Shown here one piece after another: positions 8,748-16,405 of a DNA stretch of 32,000 bases. Each line of letters starts with the position of its first letter. The stretch's first letter is position 1. Origin of the DNA: Dehalococcoidales bacterium (GTDB lineage: Bacteria; Chloroflexota; Dehalococcoidia; Dehalococcoidales; G020351185); the NCBI GenBank assembly GCA_963674855.2, contig CAXXST010000001.1, positions 307,252-339,251 of the forward strand, given 5' to 3'. The notes under the pieces are model-generated. The model did not search any database. It was not told the DNA's origin and saw only the letters and a list, made by a program, of their open reading frames with translations. A program made the translations under genes and the position numbers.

Positions 8748-9676
8748 TCTCTTATCTTCCTGCCGGTAAGTTTAAGAAACACGTCTTCAAGGGTGGCTTC
8801 GCGCACATGCAGGTTCTTAAGCTGGTCGGTAATATCCGTTTTTTCGGCGTGTTTTAGTATAGCGGACATAGTCACCGGTATATTTTCGGAATACATAATA
8901 ACTTCGTTTCCGCTGATTACCACTTCTTTGGCGCCGGGGAATGATTTAAGTATAACCTCCGGCGGCGTTGGCTCCAGTTCAAACTGGATGGCGCTTTCAT
9001 GAAAGTATTCGTTTATAAGCTCTCTGGGAGAGCCGATGGCGATAATCTTGCCGTGGTCAACTACCGCTACGCGGTCGCACAGCTTTTCAGCTTCCTCCAT
9101 ATAGTGGGTGGTCAGAAAGACCGTCTTGCCCTGGTTGCGCATATTCTCAATAACCGACCAAAGGCTGCGGCGCGCCTGCGGGTCCAGACCGGTGGTTGGC
9201 TCATCAAGGAAGGCAATATCGGGTTCATTTATAAGCGCCATAGCTACCGAAAGGCGCTGCTGCTGCCCGCCAGACAGGTTTTTTACCAGCACCTTGCGGC
9301 TTTCCTTAAGCGCCAGCATCTCAAGCAGGTCTTCCACCGGCAGAGAGCGCTGGTAGAAGCTGCCGAATAAAACCAGTATTTCCTGAACGGTTACCAGTGA
9401 CAACAGCGAAGGCGCCTGCAACTGGATGCCGATTTTCTGTTTAACCTTGGCGGGGACTTTGGCAACATCCATGTCAAGAACGGTAATATTGCCGGAATCT
9501 GCCTTACGCAGCCCCTCTATAATTTCAACGGTGGTAGTCTTGCCGGCGCCGTTGGGTCCCAGCATACCGAAGGCTTCACCCTCTTTTACCTGGAAGCTAA
9601 TGCCGTCAACGGCGGTAATATCAGCGTAGCGTTTTACAAGATTGGCGACGTCAATAACAACAGAGGGATTTTTCAT
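8744..9676 (-). CDS. ABC transporter ATP-binding protein (DrrA/ABC-2 subfamily)
   Basis: Walker A GPNGAGKTT, signature LSGGQQQR, Walker B IAFLDEPTTGLD, H-loop TTHYMEE. Confidence 0.9.
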   Translation of the reverse strand: MKNPSVVIDVANLVKRYADITAVDGISFQVKEGEAFGMLGPNGAGKTTTVEIIEGLRKADSGNITVLDMDVAKVPAKVKQKIGIQLQAPSLLSLVTVQEILVLFGSFYQRSLPVEDLLEMLALKESRKVLVKNLSGGQQQRLSVAMALINEPDIAFLDEPTTGLDPQARRSLWSVIENMRNQGKTVFLTTHYMEEAEKLCDRVAVVDHGKIIAIGSPRELINEYFHESAIQFELEPTPPEVILKSFPGAKEVVISGNEVIMYSENIPVTMSAILKHAEKTDITDQLKNLHVREATLEDVFLKLTGRKIRE

Positions 9677-9682
9677 AGCCGT

Positions 9683-10156
9683 TTAGTCTTCGTCTTCGCC
9701 GGAATCCTGCACTGGCTTGTGTTGTTCGGTTTTTTCAGTAGCCGACATCTGCTTCAGTTCATCTATACTGGGGACTTCATCGGGGGGAAGCTCTGAAAAC
9801 TCCGCCCACTGTTCATAGAGCTTTTTTATCTTGCGTTCGCGCCCGAAGATACCCCTTATCTTTCTTGCCAGCGGCTTGGCGGTGTTGTCTATAAAGTCCT
9901 TGCCGGCTTGCTGGATATCTTGCAGGTTGTGGATGTCCGGCATACTGCCGCCCTTCGGCTCATCGGATAAAAGCTTTTTACCGCAATGCGGGCAGAAGCT
10001 GCTGTGTTCGGCAAGTTTCTTGCCGCAGTAGGGGCAGAATTGCAGGTTTACGCCGATGCTGGCAGACCCCATCTCCTCGCCGCAGTAGGGGCAATAGGCT
10101 AAATCTTCGGGAAACTGAGATGTGTCTATTTCACGGTTGCAGTTCAAACATTTCAT
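9683..10156 (-). CDS. double zinc-ribbon protein with acidic C-terminal tail, first gene of the ABC-2 operon
   Basis: Four CxxC pairs (CLNC, CPYC, CPYC, CPHC). The ATG at 10154-10156 (MKCLNC) is preceded by AAGAGG. The stop lies 6 nt before the ABC ATPase start. Confidence 0.7.
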   Translation of the reverse strand: MKCLNCNREIDTSQFPEDLAYCPYCGEEMGSASIGVNLQFCPYCGKKLAEHSSFCPHCGKKLLSDEPKGGSMPDIHNLQDIQQAGKDFIDNTAKPLARKIRGIFGRERKIKKLYEQWAEFSELPPDEVPSIDELKQMSATEKTEQHKPVQDSGEDED

Positions 10157-10236
10157 CTTTGGCGCCTCTTTGATTGAAAAAGCTTTACAGGAAACTATTA
10201 TAGCACGCAGCCATGGTGTTTTGAACATTATTTTGC

Positions 10237-10265
10237 TAGACAATGGTAATATCAGCCACTATAAT
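10237..10265 (+). promoter_or_regulatory. candidate sigma70-type promoter of hpt-ade
   Basis: TAGACA (10237-10242), a 17-nt spacer, then a perfect TATAAT (10260-10265). The hpt ATG is only 12 nt downstream of the -10, and no Shine-Dalgarno lies between them. Confidence 0.35.
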
Positions 10266-10276
10266 CTGTGATAACC

Positions 10277-10804
10277 ATGAATACCGAAGCTACACCAAAA
10301 GTTCTGATAAAACGAAACGAAATAGAAGACGCCGTCAACCGTCTGGCAGGGCAGATAAAAAAAGACTACAGGGGCAAACCCCCCGTGCTGGTGGCTGTCC
10401 TTAAGGGAGCATTTGTTTTTATGGCAGACCTTATACGGCGGCTGGATATGCCGCTGGAGGTTGAGTTTGTGGGGCTTTCCAGCTATGGTAGCGGCACGCA
10501 AAACTGCGGTGAAATCAGCGTAACGCTGGAGCTTGGCTGCGATATAAGCGGCAGAGACGTAATTATAATTGAAGATATAATAGACAGCGGTCTGACCACC
10601 GCCTTTTTGCTGGATTACCTGTTGGAGCGTCAACCGGCTTCCGTGAAAATCTGCGCCCTTACGGATAAACCTTCACGCCGTAAAAAGGAAGTAAAAATAG
10701 ACTATCTGGGCTTTACAGTGCCGGATAGATTTGTTGTTGGTTACGGGATGGATTGCAATGGAAAATACCGCAACCTTTCGGATATATGTTTTATTGAAGA
10801 ATAG
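10277..10804 (+). CDS. hpt: hypoxanthine(-guanine) phosphoribosyltransferase
   Basis: PRPP-binding motif VIIIEDIIDSGLT and the HPRT-typical C-terminus DRFVVGYGMDCNGKYRNL. The alternative GTG at 10268 would lie inside the predicted promoter-to-transcription-start interval. Confidence 0.9.
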   Translation: MNTEATPKVLIKRNEIEDAVNRLAGQIKKDYRGKPPVLVAVLKGAFVFMADLIRRLDMPLEVEFVGLSSYGSGTQNCGEISVTLELGCDISGRDVIIIEDIIDSGLTTAFLLDYLLERQPASVKICALTDKPSRRKKEVKIDYLGFTVPDRFVVGYGMDCNGKYRNLSDICFIEE

Positions 10805-10820
10805 TTTCAAGGAGTAAAAA

Positions 10821-12527
10821 ATGTCTTCGCAGCTTAGTGATTTAATAGCGGTAGCCAGAGGGGAAAAAGCGGCGGATTTAGTGCTGTCTAATGCTGCTGT
10901 AATCAACGTCTTCAGCGGTGAAGTGGAAAAGAGTAATGTAGCCATACACGGCGGCAAAATCGCCGGTATCGGCGATTACAGACAGGCTGAAGAGGTGCTG
11001 GATTTGGGCGGCAGCTATCTGGCGCCCGGTCTTATCAACGGGCATACTCATATTGAAAGCTCTATGCTGGACATCGGGCAGTATGCGCGGGCGGTGGTTG
11101 CACGCGGCACGCTGGCGGTGGTTACAGATTTGCACGAACTCAGCAACGTCTGCGGCATGGCTGCCATAGATTATATACTCGGCGCTTCAAGAGAATTACC
11201 TATGGATTTATTCCTGATGGCGCCTTCTTGTGTTCCGGCAACACATCTGGAAACTTCCGGCGCCTGTATGGGCGCGGCAGAGATAAAAGAAGTATTAGGG
11301 CGGCAGAAAGTAATTGGGTTGGGAGAGATGATGAACTTCCCCGGCGTAATCAACGCTTTTGAAGATGTTACCGGCAAGATAGATATGGCGGACGGCAGGC
11401 TGATAGACGGGCATGCCCCCGGTTTGGGCGGCAGGGATTTGAATGCCTACATTGCCGCCGGCATTTATTCAGACCACGAATCCGTAACGCTTGAGGAAGC
11501 TGATGAAAAGCTGAAGCGCGGTATGCATATTATGATACGCGAAGGCTCTTCGGAAAAGAATCTGGAAGCCCTATTGCCATTGGTGACTGATAAAACATAT
11601 AAGCGTTGCCTGTTTGTGGTGGACGACAGGAGCTGCGCAGATTTGCTGCGGGACGGCGATATAGATGCCGTGGTGAGAAAAGCCATAAAACTGGGGCTGG
11701 AGCCGGTGCGGGCAATACAAATGGCAACCATAAACGCTGCCGAATACTTCGGGTTGAAGGGGTTGGGGGCTATCGCCCCCGGTTATGACGCCAGTTTAAT
11801 CGTGGTTGATAACATGGCAGGCTTCAACATCTCAAAGGCTTTTTATAAGGGCAAGCTGGTGGCGGAAGACGGCAAAGCCCTGTTTAACGCCCCTGAATAC
11901 AAGGGTGAAAAACCGCTGCATACAGTTAACATAAAGCCATTCAGTATAGATGGCTTAAAGCTTAAAGCAAAAGGGGGTAGCCTGCCTGTTATCGGTGTTG
12001 TTCCGGGGCAGATAGTTACGCAAAAACTTGAAGAAGAAGTAAAGGTTGTTGACGGGGCGGTGGTGGCGGATACAGAACGGGATTTGTTGAAGCTGGTGGT
12101 GGTGGAACGCCACAAAGCCAGCGGCAATATCGGCATCGGGCTGGTTAAAGGCTTCGGCTTAAAGAGGGGAGCGCTGGCTTCCTCTGTGGCTCACGATTCA
12201 CATAATATCATTGCCGTTGGCACAAACGACGAGGATATTTTTGCTGCCATAAAACATATCTCAAAAATGCAGGGCGGGCTGGTGGTGGTGGCAGGCGGCA
12301 AAGTTCAGGCAGATTTACCGCTGCCCATCGGCGGCTTGCTTTCAGACCAGCCGTTGGAGGGAGTGGTAACGCAGCTTGAAAAACTGAAAACGCAAGCGGC
12401 GGAACTGGGCAGCAAATTGCAATCCCCCTTCGCCACCCTCTCCTTTATGGCGCTGCCGGTAATCCCTGAACTGCGGCTGACGGACTTGGGGCTGGTGGAC
12501 GTGGGGCGGTTTGAGATTATAGCGTAA
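10821..12527 (+). CDS. ade: adenine deaminase
   Basis: 568 aa with an amidohydrolase metal site (GLINGHTHIESSM), plus DGHAPG and YSDHES. AAGGAG lies 7 nt before the ATG. Confidence 0.9.
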   Translation: MSSQLSDLIAVARGEKAADLVLSNAAVINVFSGEVEKSNVAIHGGKIAGIGDYRQAEEVLDLGGSYLAPGLINGHTHIESSMLDIGQYARAVVARGTLAVVTDLHELSNVCGMAAIDYILGASRELPMDLFLMAPSCVPATHLETSGACMGAAEIKEVLGRQKVIGLGEMMNFPGVINAFEDVTGKIDMADGRLIDGHAPGLGGRDLNAYIAAGIYSDHESVTLEEADEKLKRGMHIMIREGSSEKNLEALLPLVTDKTYKRCLFVVDDRSCADLLRDGDIDAVVRKAIKLGLEPVRAIQMATINAAEYFGLKGLGAIAPGYDASLIVVDNMAGFNISKAFYKGKLVAEDGKALFNAPEYKGEKPLHTVNIKPFSIDGLKLKAKGGSLPVIGVVPGQIVTQKLEEEVKVVDGAVVADTERDLLKLVVVERHKASGNIGIGLVKGFGLKRGALASSVAHDSHNIIAVGTNDEDIFAAIKHISKMQGGLVVVAGGKVQADLPLPIGGLLSDQPLEGVVTQLEKLKTQAAELGSKLQSPFATLSFMALPVIPELRLTDLGLVDVGRFEIIA

Positions 12528-12531
12528 GCTA

Positions 12532-13632
12532 CTAAATATCGCTATCGTGCTTTGGTAGATGTTGGAATACACTAACAAAGTCTTCTATAGTGATATTTCT
12601 TTTAAGAATATCTTGAAGTAAGGCTTTCCTATGCCTATCAAATTGAACAATGTTCATAGGGGATGCCCTCGAAGCAATGAAATAGTTTGTTGGAGCCAGA
12701 TAGCGAATCCTTAATTCGGGATTGACTAATGGTATTATTTTCCCATTACGATACATAGAACCATCATTATATTCTTGACGGCTGACAAGCTCTCCATTGC
12801 CATTAATAGCATACTCCTCGTCTTTTGCATCTGTGTTATATAAACCTGTAGGTATATCCTTCTCGCATTCTAGATATATAAAGTATTGCCAGTATAATTC
12901 TGGGCGATAAACAATAAGCCTCTTGGGAACTAGTTCACTATAATGTATTAGGATTCTTTTTTTATCAAGCCTTCTATAGCGGCCAATATTGAAAAGGCCG
13001 CGCATAGTATATAGATTGAGGGGCGGGTAGAATCCTTTAAACTCCAATGGTTCTTGTAACACGGTGTTTAATCTTTCTATTATCTCTTCCTTATTTTCTA
13101 TACTGTGAATGCCTCTGATACCTGGGAATGCTTCAGCAACACGGTCTTCAAAAAATGCCGTAGGATATAAATAAGCTCTTTGATTGCTATCATCTTCTTT
13201 TATGGCTGATGTATCGTTCTCTTGTTTAATTACTGATATAAGTTCATTAACCACAAATTCTATGCCCTTAGAAGCATCTGCGGCATAAAGGTCAGTTAAG
13301 GTTGGATACTTATGTTTTATATCTTCTACATCTAACCCCAAATATATGGGCAATATTTTCTTTTCACCAGGCTTTTCAAGAGCTGATAAACCTGCCAATT
13401 CCCTTTCCGTCCATTGCTTCTCGAAAAAAGCTTTACTAAATATGACAATTCCATATTTTGATTGTAATAAACCTTCGCTAATCTTCTTTAATAGACTATC
13501 GCCGATTTTGAGAGTAAATTCATCATACCAGATATTGAATCCCCTTTTCTGAAGTCTTTCCGCTAGTTCTCGGACAAACTTGTCTTTATCTTCACTGGCA
13601 TGACATATAAAAGCATCATAAGTGTAATTCAT
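12532..13632 (-). CDS. TIR-domain protein with uncharacterised C-terminal domain of about 220 aa
   Basis: The N-terminus (YDAFICHASEDKDKFVRELAERLQKRGFNIWYDEFTLKIGDSL...IVIFSKAFFEKQWTERELAGL) is a canonical TIR domain with the W-x3-E-L catalytic-Glu motif. Residues ~150-366 match nothing I can name. Hand counts on 60-nt samples give 35-40% GC, against ~52% in the adjacent PRTase gene. The start is ATG 13632 or TTG 13644. Confidence 0.85.
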   Translation of the reverse strand: MNYTYDAFICHASEDKDKFVRELAERLQKRGFNIWYDEFTLKIGDSLLKKISEGLLQSKYGIVIFSKAFFEKQWTERELAGLSALEKPGEKKILPIYLGLDVEDIKHKYPTLTDLYAADASKGIEFVVNELISVIKQENDTSAIKEDDSNQRAYLYPTAFFEDRVAEAFPGIRGIHSIENKEEIIERLNTVLQEPLEFKGFYPPLNLYTMRGLFNIGRYRRLDKKRILIHYSELVPKRLIVYRPELYWQYFIYLECEKDIPTGLYNTDAKDEEYAINGNGELVSRQEYNDGSMYRNGKIIPLVNPELRIRYLAPTNYFIASRASPMNIVQFDRHRKALLQDILKRNITIEDFVSVFQHLPKHDSDI

Positions 13633-13670
13633 GTTATTTAACAACCATTTATTGCTCTCTTAGTTAATCT

Positions 13671-14369
13671 TTACTTCCCCGCCTGTGGGTTGATGCGGGA
13701 TTGGTAGCGGCGCATTTTCCAATCCTGATAGCATTTTACCCCTTCGTCATCGCTTAAAACATTCCAGTAGCGGTAAAAATCTGAAACGTAGAACTTGGGT
13801 ACGAGGGCGGTAACCACCGTTATCACCCTGTCTGCCGTCTTTTCAACCTCTCTCACGGCTGTGGCAGAGGCTGCCGGAACGGCGGCGATTATGTGCTTCG
13901 GCTGGCGGCGGCGCACAGATTCTATGGCTGCCATCATGGTATAACCGGAAGCCAGCCCGTCATCCACCACAATGGCTATCTTGTCCTTGCAGATGGAAAG
14001 AGGCTTGCTGCCGCGGTAAAGCAGGCTGCGCTGGCGGATGTCTGCGCGCACTTTGTTCACCTGGTAATGCACCTGTTTTTCTGTAAGGTTTATGGATTTA
14101 AGCACCGGCTGGTTAAGGATGGTGGTGCCGTCATCAGCCACAGCGCCGAAACCGCCCTCCGGGCGAAGGGGGATGGGAATCTTGCGTGAAATAACCATAT
14201 CAAGTTCAGCATTAAGGGCAAGGGCTACCTGCATGCCAACCGGTATACCGCCGTTGGGGATTGCCAGCACGATAACAGCCTCTTTTTTATAAGCTGTCAG
14301 CTTTTCTGCCAACTGCCGCCCGGCGTCATATCTGTTTTCAAAAATTGGTTTCTGCCTTGGGTGTTCCAC
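13671..14369 (-). CDS. type I phosphoribosyltransferase-family protein of unknown specificity
   Basis: 232 aa with the PRPP loop IAIVVDDGLASGYTM and an N-terminal FENRYDAGRQLA typical of the 'putative phosphoribosyl transferase' family. GTG start at 14369 with AAGGAG 6 nt upstream. Confidence 0.8.
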   Translation of the reverse strand: MEHPRQKPIFENRYDAGRQLAEKLTAYKKEAVIVLAIPNGGIPVGMQVALALNAELDMVISRKIPIPLRPEGGFGAVADDGTTILNQPVLKSINLTEKQVHYQVNKVRADIRQRSLLYRGSKPLSICKDKIAIVVDDGLASGYTMMAAIESVRRRQPKHIIAAVPAASATAVREVEKTADRVITVVTALVPKFYVSDFYRYWNVLSDDEGVKCYQDWKMRRYQSRINPQAGK

Positions 14370-14399
14370 GCTTTTCTCCTTGTTTATTATACTCTTTTT

Positions 14400-15641
14400 C
14401 TAAAGCGGCTCACCGGAAGCCTGCTCTATTATAAGCTCTTTGCCGTATTTCAGCAGTGTCTTGCCATAGCTTTTGGAAAACTTCTTATCTTCAATATAGG
14501 CTTTAAGGGCATCAACCGGCGTTATTTCTTCGGCGTTGCAGCCTTCCAGTCTGGCGCGGTTTTCACGCTTGATGTCCCAGGCAACGGCGAAGTAATACGC
14601 ATCTTTAACGGCGTCTCTGATTTCATTGTTTATAATCTGCCCGTTGCTTTCCTGCGAAAGGCTGATATGCAGGCGCACGATGGCGTCTTTTATATCGTGT
14701 TTGGCGATGGCTTCAAGTATCGTTGCCGTTGGCTGCTGGTTGTCCGGTTTTATATCTACCTTGATGGTTAAAAAGCGGCGCCCCTCCAGCTTGTGAAAGT
14801 TGTAAGAAACCTGGCGGCTGCCGGTTTTTTTATCGGTTTTTATTTCAACAAGATAGAAACCCTTTTCGTCTTTTTCGTCACCGAAGTCCAGCCTTTCAAG
14901 GCTGCCGGCATAAATTACCGGCGGCGTTTCGTTAAGCACCTGGTGGCGGTGGATATGCCCCAGTGCGATATAATCAAAGGCGGGGTTTGAAACGTTGCCC
15001 GGCAGCAGCACCTGTTCCTGCCCGATGGTCATTGAATCCTCGCTGCCGATGCGCGCGCCAGATACCCAGATATGAGCCGCCAGTATGGAAGGCAAAGCCG
15101 TGTCTAGCTTTTCAGCCTCGGTCTTTATTATGCGTGTCAGCACGTCCTGCATCTTGTGGTTAAGCTGCTCAAAATTGAGGTTTTTGGCATCTTCCTTGCT
15201 GAGCAGCGCACTGCGCCTCAGCCAGGGGAGAGCTGTAATCTGGACGATGCCGCCTTTTGTTTTAACCTTGTGGGTGGTGGGGCGATCAGCGACATAGACA
15301 TTTTCAACCGAAAGCGTATCATATATCTCTGTAGTGGTGGCGCGCCCAGTGGCGTTGGGCAGGTCGTGGTTGCCGATGAGCAGAAAAACAGAGATGCCGT
15401 TTTCTGAAAGGCGTTTTATACGGCGGGCGAACTCGCGCTGCTGGGTTTGGCTGGGGTCCCGGCTTTTAAAAGCATCGCCGCAGAAAAGAACCAGGTCCAC
15501 CTTTTTATCAACGGCAAAGTCCACCAGTTTGTCAAAGGTAGCCAAAAAATCATGAAAGCGGGTTGAAAGACCGCTGGCGGAATCTATCTTCCCGTAGCTT
15601 TCAACTCCCAGGTGCAAATCTGCGAAGTGGATTATTTTCAC
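14400..15641 (-). CDS. sbcD: Mre11/SbcD-type metallophosphoesterase nuclease
   Basis: Calcineurin-like nuclease motifs are present: HFADLHLG, CGDAFKS, IGNHD, GHIHRHQ. The C-terminal capping region is SbcD-like. GTG start. No SbcC/Rad50 ATPase gene lies on either side. Confidence 0.85.
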   Translation of the reverse strand: MKIIHFADLHLGVESYGKIDSASGLSTRFHDFLATFDKLVDFAVDKKVDLVLFCGDAFKSRDPSQTQQREFARRIKRLSENGISVFLLIGNHDLPNATGRATTTEIYDTLSVENVYVADRPTTHKVKTKGGIVQITALPWLRRSALLSKEDAKNLNFEQLNHKMQDVLTRIIKTEAEKLDTALPSILAAHIWVSGARIGSEDSMTIGQEQVLLPGNVSNPAFDYIALGHIHRHQVLNETPPVIYAGSLERLDFGDEKDEKGFYLVEIKTDKKTGSRQVSYNFHKLEGRRFLTIKVDIKPDNQQPTATILEAIAKHDIKDAIVRLHISLSQESNGQIINNEIRDAVKDAYYFAVAWDIKRENRARLEGCNAEEITPVDALKAYIEDKKFSKSYGKTLLKYGKELIIEQASGEPL

Positions 15642-15668
15642 GAGTTAAATCCTATACCCCATTTTATA

Positions 15669-15767
15669 AAATCTCCCTTAATCCCTCTTTATTAAAGAGG
15701 GAAACAAATAACCTCTCCCTTTATTAAAGGGAGAATGAGAGGGATTTTACTAAGGGGCTTTTCCCCT
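15669..15767. repeat. mosaic hairpin repeat, locus A (M3 unit plus degenerate M2 hairpin)
   Basis: M3 unit spans 15669-15747 and contains two 9-bp/3-nt-loop hairpins: tccctctttATTaaagaggga (15682-15702) and tctccctttATTaaagggaga (15714-15734). It is followed by aggggcttttcccct (15753-15767). The M3 unit matches locus B in the same orientation. Confidence 0.85.
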
Positions 15768-15794
15768 GTGCGCCCCCTTTTCACCATAATTATA

Positions 15795-16172
15795 CTATAC
15801 TACAGCCGAAATGATAGCGCCGGCAATATAGGCGACAACCCACCAGCCGTAGGCAAATCTGGTATACATATGCAGGCGGTGCGGCACGGCGCCGGTTTTA
15901 TTCTTAAGCCAGTGTTTCCATATCAACACGGCGTCAATCAGCATAACCAGCAGTGCTGAATACCCCAGCAGCCCATGAAAGGTAATGGGGATATTAGAAG
16001 AATTTATAATCATAAGGGCGGTGGCGCTGATATCCAGCGTGACACCGACGGTGAGGTAAAAAAGAATGCGTTTATCAAGCATCCCTTTTCTTTGCTCATT
16101 GATAACGCCCGCCGAATAGAATATAAGGGCGCATGTAACCACAACAACAGCTTGCATAAGGCCAGAATTCAA
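15795..16172 (-). CDS. small four-TM integral membrane protein (HsmA/TIGR03987-like, tentative)
   Basis: 125-aa ORF with four hydrophobic helices. TTG start at 16172 with AAGGAG 6 nt upstream. Repeat loci A and B flank it on both sides. Confidence 0.7.
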   Translation of the reverse strand: MNSGLMQAVVVVTCALIFYSAGVINEQRKGMLDKRILFYLTVGVTLDISATALMIINSSNIPITFHGLLGYSALLVMLIDAVLIWKHWLKNKTGAVPHRLHMYTRFAYGWWVVAYIAGAIISAVV

Positions 16173-16217
16173 TGCAGTCTCCTTAAAATATTATAGATAT
16201 AATCCTATCCCCCTGTA

Positions 16218-16405
16218 TCCCCCTTCCCCTTGGGAAGGGGGAGGAGTTTATTGAGGGGCTTCGCCCCTCAAACTCCCCTTTACCCCTAATTCAGGAAAGG
16301 GCGGCGGGTGGGAATAGATAAAGTTTTAAATCTCCATTAATTCCTCTTTTATAAAGAGGGAAATAAATAGCTTCTCCCTTTATTAAAAGGAGAATGAGTG
16401 GATTT
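16218..16405. repeat. mosaic hairpin repeat, locus B (M1 + M2 + M3)
   Basis: M1: 11-bp stem tcccccttccc/gggaaggggga (16218-16242). M2: 9-bp stem ttgaggggc-ttc-gcccctcaa (16251-16271). M3: 16328-16405, which differs from locus A by 9 substitutions and 1 indel over 79 nt by hand alignment. Confidence 0.85.

Noticed and set aside
12528-13670. Mobile-element boundaries (att sites, inverted repeats, integrase) around the AT-rich TIR gene
   Set aside because: I found no direct or inverted repeats at the two junctions and no recombinase gene. The insertion mechanism remains unknown, so no mobile_element feature is called.
12532-15641. Canonical Thoeris, CBASS, Pycsar or SPARTA assignment for the TIR gene
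   Set aside because: No SIR2/SLOG/Macro (ThsA), cyclase, STING/SAVED or Argonaute/APAZ gene or domain is recognisable in or next to the TIR ORF.
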